Assembly: GCA_902805635.1 (NCBI GenBank)
Contig: CADCTC010000018.1
Span: forward strand, 48-64,047
Length of the DNA: 64,000 nucleotides
From: an uncultured Chloroflexota bacterium
GTDB taxonomy: Bacteria > Chloroflexota > UBA11872 > UBA12225
Direction: 5' to 3'
The position numbers and the translations under genes are program-made. The notes beneath the pieces were generated by a model. It was given only the letters and a program-made list of their open reading frames with translations. It ran no database searches and was not told where the DNA came from. This document shows positions 37,698-46,915 of the stretch, in pieces. Within the stretch, counting starts at the first letter, position 1, and each line of letters starts with the position of its first letter.

Positions 37698-40031
37698 CTA
37701 CATCTGCGGAGCGCGCGTGGCGGTGGGAGTGGTAGGAGGCGGAGCAGCTGGCGGCCGCGTCGGCGTCGCTTGCGCGACGGCGGTGGGTGCTCCGGGAGGG
37801 GTGGCGACGGCTGGGGGGCTGGCGCCCTGTAGCGAGGGACGGGAAGCATCCTGGATGCGGCGCACCACGTTGTTGTCTCGGTCCGCGATGAAGAGGCTGC
37901 CGTCGGGGCCGAGCGCCAAGCCGGAGGGCGAGCTCAGCTCCGCCTCGGTCGCGGGGCCGCTGTCGCCGGAGAAGCCGGTCGAGCCGCCGCCCGCGATGGT
38001 GCTGATGCGCCCGTCCGGTGCGATGCGCCGTACAACGTCGTTGAGGGTTTCGCTGACAAAGAGGCTGCCGTCGAAGCCGGCGGCCAGGCCGCGCACGCCC
38101 GAGAGGCGCGCGGCCACCGCGGGCCCACCGTCGCCTCGATAGCCCGGTGTGCCGGTGCCGGCGACGGTAGAGATGGCGCCGTCCGGCGCGATGCGCCGCA
38201 CGCGCTCATTCCCTGAGTCGGCCACATACAGGCTGCCATCAGGAGCGACTACGATCCCGATGGGTGAGTCGAGCATGGCCTGGGTGGCGGGGCCGCCATC
38301 GCCGAAGAAAGCATCTTCACCGGTGCCCGCGATGGTGGCGATTGCGCCATCAGGGGTCACGCGGCGGATGCGGTGGTTGCCGGTGTCGGCGATATACACC
38401 GTGCCGTCTGGGCCGACCGCGACCCCGGTGGGGTCTTGCAGGCGGGCGCGGCTGGCGGGGCCGCCGTCGCCGGTAAAGCCGGGCAGTAGCGCCCCAGCCA
38501 CGCTGGTGATGACGCCATCAGGGGTCACGCGCCGGATGCGGTGGTTGCCGGTGTCGGCGATGTAGACGGCGCCGTCGCGCCCCACGGCGACCCCTTCCGG
38601 GTAGTTCAGGTCGGCCTGTGTGGCGCGGCCGCCGTCGCCACTGAAGCGCGCATTGCCGGTGCCCGCGAGTGTGCTGAGGATGCCTGCCGGCGTGATCCGC
38701 CAGACGCGCGAGTCCTGGGTAGCGGCGACGTAGAGCGTGCCGTCGGGGGCGGCGGCGACGGCCGCCGGGGACCCCAGAACGCTGCTGAGCGCGGGCACGC
38801 CCTCCTGCGGCGGCGTGCCGGGGTCTTTGCCGGCCACGGTGGTCGCCATCCCCGCGGGCGTCACCCGCAGGATGCGGCCGTTGCCGGTATCGGCCACGTA
38901 AAGCGTGCCGTCCGGCGCCAGCGCCACGCCCTCCGGCGTCTCGATGGAGATAGACGTAGCCGGGCGAGCGTCACCCGGCAGTGCCGCGCTGCCCGACGCG
39001 CCGCGCGACGGTGCGCCGGTGCCGGCGACGGTGGTGATGGCGCCGTCGGGGCCGACCTTGCGGACGCGCTCATTCCCCCAGTCGCCGATGAAGATGCTGC
39101 CGTCGGCGCCCACCGCGACGCCCGATGGCCCCAAAAGCGCGGCGGCGGTGGCCGGCCCGCCATCGCCGTCGAAGCCCGGCTGACCGGAGCCGGCGACGGT
39201 GCGGATGACGCCGTCCGCCCCTATGCCGCGGATGCGGTGATTGCCGGTGTCCGCCACGTACAGCGTGCCGTCGGGGCCGACCGCGATCGCCTCTGCAGCG
39301 TTGAGCAACGCCGCGGTGGCCGGGCCGCCGTCTCCGCCGAAGCCGGGCTCACCCGCGCCGGCCAGCGTGCTGATGGCGCCGTCCAGGCCCACACGGCGGA
39401 TGCGATGGTTGCCGGTATCGGCGATGAGAAGCGCGCCATCCGGGGTGAAGGCGACCCCCTCCGGGTTCTGCAGCTGCGCGGCGGTGGCGGGGCCACCGTC
39501 GCCGGCTGCACCACTCTCGCCGTTGCCGGCGACGGTGACTATCAGGCCATCCGCGGTGACCTTGCGGACTCGATGGTTCCCAAAATCGGCGATATAGAGG
39601 GCGCCGTCGGGTCCAACGGCAGCGCCACTGGGCAGGCTGAGCCGGGCTTCCAGGGCGGACGTGCCTTCGCCGCGCGAGCCGCCGCGGCTGGCGCCTGCCA
39701 CGACCTGGGGCACGCCGTCAGCGCCCAGCCGCAGCACCCGATTGTTGCCGGTATCCACGATGAAGAGAGCGCCATCGGGCGCCACGACTACGGCCTCCGG
39801 CGCGTCGAGTTGCTCCGGCCCGGCGGCCATCTGCGGCATCGGGCGGGTACCGGCGTAGGTAGTGATGACGCCGGCTGCCGGCCGCTCGCCCTGCGCCATC
39901 GCAACGCGGGCGCCCGCGCCGTGCGTGAGCCGGAACGTGGCCGAGGCGGGTGTGAGCAGCTGCGCCGCGACCAGCAAGGCAGCCGCTCCGGCGCCGGCGG
40001 CAAGAGATAGTTCGCTTCTGTGAACGCTCAT
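37698..40031 (-). CDS. Secreted NHL-repeat beta-propeller protein
   Basis: Signal peptide; about 12 repeats of P.GVAV.PDG.LYIADTGNHRIR with GDGGPAT.A linkers; P/T-rich tail. Confidence 0.9.
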   Translation of the reverse strand: MSVHRSELSLAAGAGAAALLVAAQLLTPASATFRLTHGAGARVAMAQGERPAAGVITTYAGTRPMPQMAAGPEQLDAPEAVVVAPDGALFIVDTGNNRVLRLGADGVPQVVAGASRGGSRGEGTSALEARLSLPSGAAVGPDGALYIADFGNHRVRKVTADGLIVTVAGNGESGAAGDGGPATAAQLQNPEGVAFTPDGALLIADTGNHRIRRVGLDGAISTLAGAGEPGFGGDGGPATAALLNAAEAIAVGPDGTLYVADTGNHRIRGIGADGVIRTVAGSGQPGFDGDGGPATAAALLGPSGVAVGADGSIFIGDWGNERVRKVGPDGAITTVAGTGAPSRGASGSAALPGDARPATSISIETPEGVALAPDGTLYVADTGNGRILRVTPAGMATTVAGKDPGTPPQEGVPALSSVLGSPAAVAAAPDGTLYVAATQDSRVWRITPAGILSTLAGTGNARFSGDGGRATQADLNYPEGVAVGRDGAVYIADTGNHRIRRVTPDGVITSVAGALLPGFTGDGGPASRARLQDPTGVAVGPDGTVYIADTGNHRIRRVTPDGAIATIAGTGEDAFFGDGGPATQAMLDSPIGIVVAPDGSLYVADSGNERVRRIAPDGAISTVAGTGTPGYRGDGGPAVAARLSGVRGLAAGFDGSLFVSETLNDVVRRIAPDGRISTIAGGGSTGFSGDSGPATEAELSSPSGLALGPDGSLFIADRDNNVVRRIQDASRPSLQGASPPAVATPPGAPTAVAQATPTRPPAAPPPTTPTATRAPQM

Positions 40032-40053
40032 GAATAATCGATTTCGGCGTGGG

Positions 40054-41178
40054 TCAGTGCGAGGCCTGGTAGTGATCGGCTAGCAGGTCGTGGCCCCAAT
40101 CGCCCTCGAAGTCGCGCCAGACGGAGTGGATGTGGTTGGCGCCGTTCTGGGTGTTGTCGTACTCCACTAGGAAGGTGGGGCCCTGGAGGCGGTAGTAGTG
40201 CGGCTGGCCGGGATGAAGGTCGCCGGCCCAGGCGAAGTGGATGTGGCCGGAGCCTTCCTTCTCGATGCGGTCCAGGCGGGTATCGGCCACATCGCGCGGC
40301 ATGCGGCCGACGTACTCCGCGATGAGATCCATCAGCGTGTGGCGCTGATCGCCGCCAAGCTCGCCCGCCCGTATGCCGGACGGCGACTCGCGTTTGACGC
40401 GCCGCTCGGCGCGGCTGAGGATGTCCCCTGGCGCCTCAGGATCAATCACGGCGCGGCGGCGCAGCGATTCGTCGAGTGACGCGACGAGGTGACGCGCCAG
40501 GTCCTCCTCGGCTGCGAGCACGCGCAGGCCGGGGGCAGGGGCGCCCTCTGGCACGCGGGCTGGATTGGCGCCGAAGAAGTTGGGCGTCGGGGCGATGCGG
40601 TTGCCGTCCACCACCAGCATGTTCACCGAGACGTGGTGCCCCTCCACGCGCCAGCCCCAGGACCTGCTGTCGGACGGCTGACCAAAGATGGTGACGTGGT
40701 AGAGGTCGGGATTGCGCGGTTGGCGGCGCTGCGCGCCTTCGATGTGCGCCAGGATGGCCTCCAGCCCCATGATGCTGACTGCCTTGGCGTAGCCGCGCTG
40801 GCTCAGCCCGGAGGAAAGGAGCGCATGGGCGTACTTCTGCTGGGCGCCGTCCATCTCGGTGAACGGCAGGCCCCGGCGCTCCTTGGGTACGTAATGCCAG
40901 TTCTGGCGCTCGTCGTGGTCCACAGGGTACGTGGCGCGCTCGCGCTGTTCGGGCGTGAGCAGCGCCAGGAAGGTGGACGCCGCTTCGGCCATGCGCCACG
41001 CCGAGTCGGACTCCAGCGTGACGTTGCGACGGCCGCCCGCCTGCTCATCGCCGCGATGGTCATGGTCATCGTGGCCATCATGCTGGTCGTGCGGAGCGTG
41101 GGCGCTGTGCGCAGCAGGGGCGGGGTGGACGCCGTGCGCGGCGTGCGCCGGGTGGTCGTCGTGGCGTGGCGTGCTCAT
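40054..41178 (-). CDS. DUF3500-like protein with His-rich N-terminus
   Basis: WHYVP, WGWRVEGHHVS, YYRLQGP, EYDNTQNGANHIHSVWRD. Confidence 0.8.
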   Translation of the reverse strand: MSTPRHDDHPAHAAHGVHPAPAAHSAHAPHDQHDGHDDHDHRGDEQAGGRRNVTLESDSAWRMAEAASTFLALLTPEQRERATYPVDHDERQNWHYVPKERRGLPFTEMDGAQQKYAHALLSSGLSQRGYAKAVSIMGLEAILAHIEGAQRRQPRNPDLYHVTIFGQPSDSRSWGWRVEGHHVSVNMLVVDGNRIAPTPNFFGANPARVPEGAPAPGLRVLAAEEDLARHLVASLDESLRRRAVIDPEAPGDILSRAERRVKRESPSGIRAGELGGDQRHTLMDLIAEYVGRMPRDVADTRLDRIEKEGSGHIHFAWAGDLHPGQPHYYRLQGPTFLVEYDNTQNGANHIHSVWRDFEGDWGHDLLADHYQASH

Positions 41179-41204
41179 AGTGGTGAGGGTACACCCCCAC
41201 ACTA

Positions 41205-41537
41205 CTACGCCTGCGCGCCGTACACCTGTGGCGTGCGCGCGGCTTCACGCGCCAGGCAGAGGTTCCAGACTTCCTCTTCGGCCATGGCCAGCGGCTTGAT
41301 CATAGAATCGACGGCAAACCAGTCACGCCAGAAGGCATAGCTGAGCCCGCGCAGCTGGGTCTCGGTCTGGCGGGGGTCTTCCCCCAGGTCGGGAGCCTCC
41401 GCCACCAGGCCGGTGATCTCCTCTTCCACCTGCTCAGGCGTAGGCGGAGGCGCGTGCAGCAGCGCCTGGTCGAGCGCGCTGCCCAAGACCTCCAGGCGCC
41501 GCAGCGCCGCTTCTTCCGGCCCCTCCATGGACGTCAT
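41205..41537 (-). CDS. Hypothetical 110-aa protein coupled to the upstream regulator
   Basis: ATGA overlap with the HxlR stop; GAGG SD; MTSMEGPEEAAL...GAQA. Confidence 0.65.
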   Translation of the reverse strand: MTSMEGPEEAALRRLEVLGSALDQALLHAPPPTPEQVEEEITGLVAEAPDLGEDPRQTETQLRGLSYAFWRDWFAVDSMIKPLAMAEEEVWNLCLAREAARTPQVYGAQA

Positions 41538-41974
41538 CGCGCGGTTGCCACCTCGCGCGACTCGTGTCGCTCTTCGGCAGCTGGTGCTTCGGGCTCGTGC
41601 GTCTCGCGGCCCGCTGTGCCGGCTTCGGCGAAGCACGCCGCGCCGAGGGCAGGGTCCAGCCAGCGGGCGGCCCAGCGGCCGATGGCCATGAAGATGGGGT
41701 CCAGGTCGCGGCCCTTCTCGGTGAGGCGGTACTCCACGCGCACCGGCACCTCGGCGAACACCTGGCGCGAGATGAGCCCCTCGCCCTCCAGCTCCTTGAG
41801 CCGCTCGGAGAGCATGCGGTCGCTGACGAACTCGATCTGGCCGGCAATCTCGCTGAAGCGGCGCGGCCCATCGCGCAGCACGAAGAGGATCAGCGGCGTC
41901 CAGCGCTTGGCCAGGATGCCCACCGCTTGCTGGAACGCTTCCGGCAGGTTCCCCGTACACCGTACTGCACTCAT
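41534..41974 (-). CDS. HxlR-family winged-helix regulator
   Basis: KRWTPLIL, RRFSEI, SDRMLSERLKELE, PVRVEYRLTEKG. Confidence 0.9.
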   Translation of the reverse strand: MSAVRCTGNLPEAFQQAVGILAKRWTPLILFVLRDGPRRFSEIAGQIEFVSDRMLSERLKELEGEGLISRQVFAEVPVRVEYRLTEKGRDLDPIFMAIGRWAARWLDPALGAACFAEAGTAGRETHEPEAPAAEERHESREVATAR

Positions 41975-42007
41975 GCCCGTCTCCCCTTGTCGACGGCCGG
42001 CGCGGCC

Positions 42008-42024
42008 GCTATCGAAACTATAGC
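42008..42024. promoter_or_regulatory. Palindromic operator candidate upstream of hxlR
   Basis: GCTAT-N7-ATAGC overlapping a minus-strand TATAGT -10. Confidence 0.5.
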
Positions 42025-42104
42025 CCACCACACGCGCTTCCGGGAGCGCACGCCGGAAGCTTGCTGCACAGCCGGGCCCGTGTGGACCAGACACCAGGGC
42101 CCTT

Positions 42105-43334
42105 CTAGAGAAGGTATTCGGAAATGTGGCGGTGGATGCAGAACTCCTGATGGCCGATCAGCTCGGCGCTGGCGAGCTGGCCGCTGCAGATCTCGATCAT
42201 GAGCGTGTAGAGCTGGCGGCCGAGCTCTTCCTTAGTGGAGAGGCCCAGCACGATGGGCGAGGCGTCGAAATCGAAGTTGTCGCGCATCATGGCGACCGTG
42301 TCCGGGTTGGCGCAGACCTTGATGACGGGGTAGACGGCGTTGCCCAGGGCGGTGCCGCGGCCGGTGGTGAACACGCACAGGTGCGCCCCGGCAGACGCCT
42401 TGGCAGAGACGGAGACGCAGTCGTGGCCGGGGGTGTCCATGATATGCAGCCCCTTTCGCGTGGGGCGCTGGGCGTAGTTCAGCACGTCCTGGATCTCGCG
42501 GCTGCCTGCCTTGTAGATGCAGCCCAGGCTCTTCTCTTCGATGGTGGTCAGCCCGCCGGCCATGTTGCCTGGGGTGGGGTTGCCGCCCGCGACGGTGGCG
42601 CCCACGGCGTTGGCCGCCTTCTCCACATTGGCGACGATCTCCACGATGCGGCGCGCGACTTCGTCGTTGCGCGCACGGCGCGCCAGGACGTGCTCGGCGC
42701 CCATCAGCTCGGTGGTTTCGGAGAGGATGGTCGTGCCGCCCATGTCCACGATGATGTCCGACATGACGCCGACGGTGGGGTTGGACGCCATGCCGGAGGT
42801 GGCGTCGGAGCCGCCGCACTCGGTGCCGATGATCAGCTCGGCCACGGAGGCTTCCTCGCGCTGCTGCATGAACAGGCGTGACATCAGCTGCTGGCCGATC
42901 TCGACGCCGCGCGAGATGGCCCGGATAGAGCCTCCGGTCTCGTCGATGGAAAAGCCCTCGATCGGCTTGCCCGGGGAGAGCGCGCGGGCCTGCTGCAAGA
43001 CGCGCTCGGCCTCGCCGCCGCTCTGGTTGAGCCCAATGACGATACTGGCCCCGGCGTTGGGGCTGGCAGCGGCGCCGGCCAGCACCAGCTCGGTGAGCGT
43101 GCGCGACTCGGTGGCTTCTGCGTCGTCGTCGAGCAGTGGCAGGGCGATGCAGCCGGGGATCATGGCAGCGACGCGGCGGGCGACGGTGTTGGCAGAGCTG
43201 GTGGCGGGCACCACCAGCAGGTGATTGCGGATGCCGACGGTGCCATCGGGCCGGCGGTAGCCCCAGAACGTGCTCGGCAGCGTGTCCAGCGCGCCGGTGG
43301 AAGAGTACGTTGTCGCGACGGAAGTAGCAGTCAT
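42105..43334 (-). CDS. UxaA/GarD/SuyB-family hydro-lyase large subunit without SAF domain
   Basis: GYRRPDGTVGIRN, ECGGSD, NPTPGN..GGLTTIEEKSLG, DTPG, FTTGRG. Confidence 0.85.
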   Translation of the reverse strand: MTATSVATTYSSTGALDTLPSTFWGYRRPDGTVGIRNHLLVVPATSSANTVARRVAAMIPGCIALPLLDDDAEATESRTLTELVLAGAAASPNAGASIVIGLNQSGGEAERVLQQARALSPGKPIEGFSIDETGGSIRAISRGVEIGQQLMSRLFMQQREEASVAELIIGTECGGSDATSGMASNPTVGVMSDIIVDMGGTTILSETTELMGAEHVLARRARNDEVARRIVEIVANVEKAANAVGATVAGGNPTPGNMAGGLTTIEEKSLGCIYKAGSREIQDVLNYAQRPTRKGLHIMDTPGHDCVSVSAKASAGAHLCVFTTGRGTALGNAVYPVIKVCANPDTVAMMRDNFDFDASPIVLGLSTKEELGRQLYTLMIEICSGQLASAELIGHQEFCIHRHISEYLL

Positions 43335-43354
43335 GGTGTCAGCGTAGTCTATCG

Positions 43355-43909
43355 CTAGAACGGCAGCGCCGCCTGCTGGTGCGCCGATATCGTGAAGCCG
43401 GCGGCGCCCTCCAGCGCGAGCAGGCGCTGCTTGAGCGCCAGGCCGCCGGCGTAGCCGGTGAGTGTGCCGTTGCTGCCCACCACCCGGTGGCAGGGCACAA
43501 CGATCGGGACGGGATTGGCGCCATTTGCCAGCCCCACGGCGCGCACGGCGCGCGGGTTGCCGATGGTCTCTGCAACCTGGCCATACGACCGCGTCTCGGC
43601 GTGCGGGATGGTGGCTACCGCTTCCCACACCCGGACCTGGAAGGACGTTCCGCGCAGATCCAGCGGCACGGCGAACGTGCGGAGCCTGCCAGCGAAATAA
43701 CCGTCCAGTTGCTCGGCAAGCTCCGCCAGTGATGAGGAAGAGTCGTCGACCCCAGCACTTGGAAACCAGCGCTTCGCCCAGGCGGCGCACTGCTCGAACC
43801 GCTCGTCTGGGAAGGTCAGGCGCGCCAAACCGCGTGATGTCAGCACCGCGCCGAACGTGCCTAGCGGCGTCTCGACGCGCCCAATGGTGACGGTAGGGTG
43901 CAGGGACAT
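43355..43909 (-). CDS. ogt: Methylated-DNA-protein-cysteine methyltransferase
   Basis: GTSFQVRVW, RAVG.ANGANP, active site PCHRV. Confidence 0.93.
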   Translation of the reverse strand: MSLHPTVTIGRVETPLGTFGAVLTSRGLARLTFPDERFEQCAAWAKRWFPSAGVDDSSSSLAELAEQLDGYFAGRLRTFAVPLDLRGTSFQVRVWEAVATIPHAETRSYGQVAETIGNPRAVRAVGLANGANPVPIVVPCHRVVGSNGTLTGYAGGLALKQRLLALEGAAGFTISAHQQAALPF

Positions 43910-43944
43910 AGATCCGGTCTCAGACGGAGTGTGACGAATTGGCA

Positions 43945-44026
43945 GTAGGGTAGGGGCTTGTCCCCTACCGCGCGATGCTTCGTGTGGTGCGGCCGCTGCA
44001 CGGCAAGGGACGAGCCCTTGCCCTAC
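43945..44026. repeat. Inverted pair of GTAG-type REP hairpins (REPIN-like)
   Basis: Plus strand GTAG-GGTAGGGG-CTTGT-CCCCTACC-G (43945-43970); minus strand GTAG-GGCAAGGG-CTCGT-CCCTTGCC-G (44026-44001). Confidence 0.75.
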
Positions 44027-44069
44027 TGCTGATTTCAACGACGTACCTACTCCCGTCAAGAGTCTCGAT

Positions 44070-45596
44070 TCACTCTGCGGCGCTCTTGGCTGTGTGTCTG
44101 GTGTCGCGGTCGTCGTCGTTGTCATGGTCTGTGCTCCGTTCGAGAGTGGTCCACAAGTGGAGGGTCGCGTAAGCGCGCCAGGGGCGCCAGGCTTCGGCGC
44201 GGGTGGTGAGTGAGCGCGGGTCACTCGCAATCCCGAGCGCCGCTGCGGCGCGGCGCAGCCCGGCGTCTGCTGCTGGGAACGCGTCAGGATCGCCCAGCGC
44301 GCGCATGGCGATGTACGACGCGGTCCATTCGCTGATGCCGGGCACGGCGCGCAGCTGGGCCTGTACCGCTGGACGGTCGACGCCGTGGTCGAGGCGCAGG
44401 CGCCCGTCTGCCACGGCGGCTGCAAGGGCCTGGAGCGCTGCCGCTCGGGTTCGGGGCAGGCCGAGCCGCCCCAGGACTTCCGGAGTTGCCGCGGCGACTG
44501 CTTCGGCGCTCGGGAAGTAGTGTGTCAGCCCGCCGTGCACGTGCGGCAGTGGATCGCCCAGCGCCATCACCAGCCGGCTGCCCAGGGTGCGTGCGGCGGC
44601 GAGCGTCACTTGCTGGCCCAGCACGGCGCGGGCGGCCAACTCCCAGCCGTCCAGGGCGCCGGGCAGACGCAGCCCCGGCCGTGAAGCCACCAACGGCGCC
44701 AGCTGCGGGTCCGATTGGAGGACGGCTGTGACGGCGGCCGGGTCCACGTCGAGGTCCAACAGGCGCCGGCAGCGCTGGACCAGGAGGGTCAGGTCACGCA
44801 GGTCGTCCAGGTGCAGGCGTAGGAGCACGTAGGGCTCGCCGGCCAGTGGCTCGAGCTCCAGGGTGCCCGTGGAGCGGCCTAGAGAGACCGTGCGGCGGTA
44901 GCGTCCGTCGCGTACCTCTTCCACGCCGGGCAGCGCACGGCGAGCAAAGTAGGCGAGGAGTGCTTGACCATCCAGGGGTGGGCGGTAGCGTAGGCGCAGC
45001 GTCACGGCGCCCTCGGCGGCGGTGGGCAGGCGCTCGCGGCGGCGCAGCTCGCCGGGGGCGGCACCGAAGGCGTCGCGCATCGTCTCGTTGAACTGGCGCA
45101 CGCTGGCGAACCCGGCGGCGAAGGCGATGGTCGTCAGCGGCAGGCCGGTCTGGTCGATCAGCAGGCGCGCCGTCTGCGCGCGGCGGGTGCGTGCATGCGC
45201 TAGGGGGCCGGCGCCCACTTCGGCCACCAGCTCGCGGTGCAGGTGGCGCGGGCTGACCGCCAGGCGGCGCGCCAGCCCGGCGATGCCGTCCGCGTCTGCC
45301 GCGCCCTCGGCGATGAGGCGCAGCGCGCGTCCCACCAGGTCGGCGCGCACGTTCCAGTCGGGCGATCCCGGCGTCGCCTCCGGACGGCAGCGCTTGCAGG
45401 CGCGGAAGCCCGCCGCCTGCGCGGCCGCGGCGGAGGGATAAAAGCGGACGTTGCGCTGCTGCGGCGTCTGCGCCGGACAGATGGGCCGGCAGTAGATCCC
45501 GGTGGAGGTGACGGCGGTGAAGAACCGGCCGTCGAAACGCGCGTCGCGGCTGGCGATGGCGCGGTAGCACGTCTCGAAGTCCAGGCTCATCGGCAC
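44070..45596 (-). CDS. alkA: Ada/AlkA fusion: Ada Zn domain + AraC HTH + AlkA 3-methyladenine glycosylase
   Basis: GIYCRPICP, GFRACKRC, FASVRQFN, VLGQQV, PGISEWTA, DAFPAAD, WRPWRAYA. Confidence 0.93.
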   Translation of the reverse strand: MPMSLDFETCYRAIASRDARFDGRFFTAVTSTGIYCRPICPAQTPQQRNVRFYPSAAAAQAAGFRACKRCRPEATPGSPDWNVRADLVGRALRLIAEGAADADGIAGLARRLAVSPRHLHRELVAEVGAGPLAHARTRRAQTARLLIDQTGLPLTTIAFAAGFASVRQFNETMRDAFGAAPGELRRRERLPTAAEGAVTLRLRYRPPLDGQALLAYFARRALPGVEEVRDGRYRRTVSLGRSTGTLELEPLAGEPYVLLRLHLDDLRDLTLLVQRCRRLLDLDVDPAAVTAVLQSDPQLAPLVASRPGLRLPGALDGWELAARAVLGQQVTLAAARTLGSRLVMALGDPLPHVHGGLTHYFPSAEAVAAATPEVLGRLGLPRTRAAALQALAAAVADGRLRLDHGVDRPAVQAQLRAVPGISEWTASYIAMRALGDPDAFPAADAGLRRAAAALGIASDPRSLTTRAEAWRPWRAYATLHLWTTLERSTDHDNDDDRDTRHTAKSAAE

Positions 45597-45652
45597 ACCA
45601 CAGTGATACCGCGAGCGGCCGCTTTAGACTGGCGGGTTTCGGACGCGGCGAT

Positions 45653-46825
45653 CTACGTGCCCTGGCGAAGCCGGTCCAGCCGCAGGAAGTCTGCTTCGGG
45701 GGTGGTACGGCCCGTGGTCGCCAGGTCGGCCAGGAGCTCGCCGATGACGCTGGCGAACTTGAAGCCGTGGCCGGAGAAGCCGGCGGCGAAGACGACCCGG
45801 GTGTGCTTCGGGTGGCGATCGACCACGAAGTGCTCGTCGGGCGAGTTGGTGTAGAGGCACACCGCGCTGCCGGCCACGGCGCCGTCGAGCGGGGGAATGG
45901 CATGGCGCACGAATCGCCGCAGCGGCGCTTCGTCCGCCGGCGTGACGGAGCGCTCTGCGGTGTCAGGATCGCAGACGACGCCGGAGTGGTGGCGGGCGAC
46001 CTTCACGCCGGGTCGCTCGTGGTGCGGCAGGCCGTAGTACTGCCCGTTGGCGCCGTCGTCCCAGATAAAGACGGGGAACCGGTCTGCCGAGAAGTGCTCC
46101 GGCGTCTCGCGCGGCTGCAGCCAGAAGACGACGTTGCGTTCCACCTGTAGCGGCAGCGGCTGTCCGCCGAGAGGTCCCAGCGGCCCGACCACCGGCCCGG
46201 CCCACGCCCCTGCCGCGAGCACCAGCCGCGCAGCCCGGAATGTCGAGTCTGTGGTATGCACTTCTACTCCGCCTGCTGTCGCCGACCAACGGCGGATAGG
46301 CTGGGCGTAGCGCAGGTCGGCGCCCGCTTGCGTGGCCAGTCGGCAGTGCGTGGCGATGCAGCGCTCCGGGAAGAGCATCCCGGCCTGTTCCTCGAAGAGC
46401 GCGACCTGGTCGTCCGCCGGCTGGAACAGAGGGAAGCGCCGCCGCACGGCCGCCGCGTCGAGCAGCTCGTGCGGGAGCTGGTGCTCGCGCGCGCTGCGCA
46501 GTGAGCCGGCCACCAGCTCGCTGTCTGGCGTTCCGACGTAGATGCCGCCGGTCAGCCGGAGCAGCTCCTCGCCGGATGCGCGCTCCAGCTCGTGCCAGAG
46601 CGCGTAGGCGCGGCGCAGCAGGGGGACATAGCTGGGGTGCTCGAAGTAGGAGAGCCTGATGATGCGCGTCTCGCCGTGCGACGAGCCGCGGTTGTGGCCG
46701 GGCTGGAACTGCTCCAGCCCCAGCACGCGCTGCCCGCGCTGCGCCAGGTGGAAGGCCGCGGCGCTGCCCATCGCGCCGAGCCCGACGACGATCGTGTCGT
46801 AGTCGCCGGGTGTGCTCGCGGTCAT
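45653..46825 (-). CDS. solA: N-methyl-amino-acid oxidase (SolA/monomeric sarcosine oxidase family)
   Basis: GLGAMG, GSSHGETRIIR, CLYTNSPD, GFSGHGFKF. Confidence 0.88.
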   Translation of the reverse strand: MTASTPGDYDTIVVGLGAMGSAAAFHLAQRGQRVLGLEQFQPGHNRGSSHGETRIIRLSYFEHPSYVPLLRRAYALWHELERASGEELLRLTGGIYVGTPDSELVAGSLRSAREHQLPHELLDAAAVRRRFPLFQPADDQVALFEEQAGMLFPERCIATHCRLATQAGADLRYAQPIRRWSATAGGVEVHTTDSTFRAARLVLAAGAWAGPVVGPLGPLGGQPLPLQVERNVVFWLQPRETPEHFSADRFPVFIWDDGANGQYYGLPHHERPGVKVARHHSGVVCDPDTAERSVTPADEAPLRRFVRHAIPPLDGAVAGSAVCLYTNSPDEHFVVDRHPKHTRVVFAAGFSGHGFKFASVIGELLADLATTGRTTPEADFLRLDRLRQGT

Positions 46826-46915
46826 GGGGACAGCATGGTACGTGGCGGCCGCAGTGTGGCACTCCTGAGCATGCGGCCGACACCAGCTGCACCGGGGGCA
46901 GTGGCAGGCACGAGG

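Noticed and set aside
37860-39800. Periodic DNA repeats that might suggest a CRISPR array
   Set aside because: They are degenerate, in-frame NHL protein repeats with no identical repeat/unique spacer structure and no cas genes.
43355-44425. 356-aa extended Ogt and other N-terminally extended ORF-track calls (42105..43790, 15411..16547, 10025..11410, 49917..51560)
   Set aside because: The extensions overlap neighbouring genes or repeats and lack domain content; downstream starts fit better.
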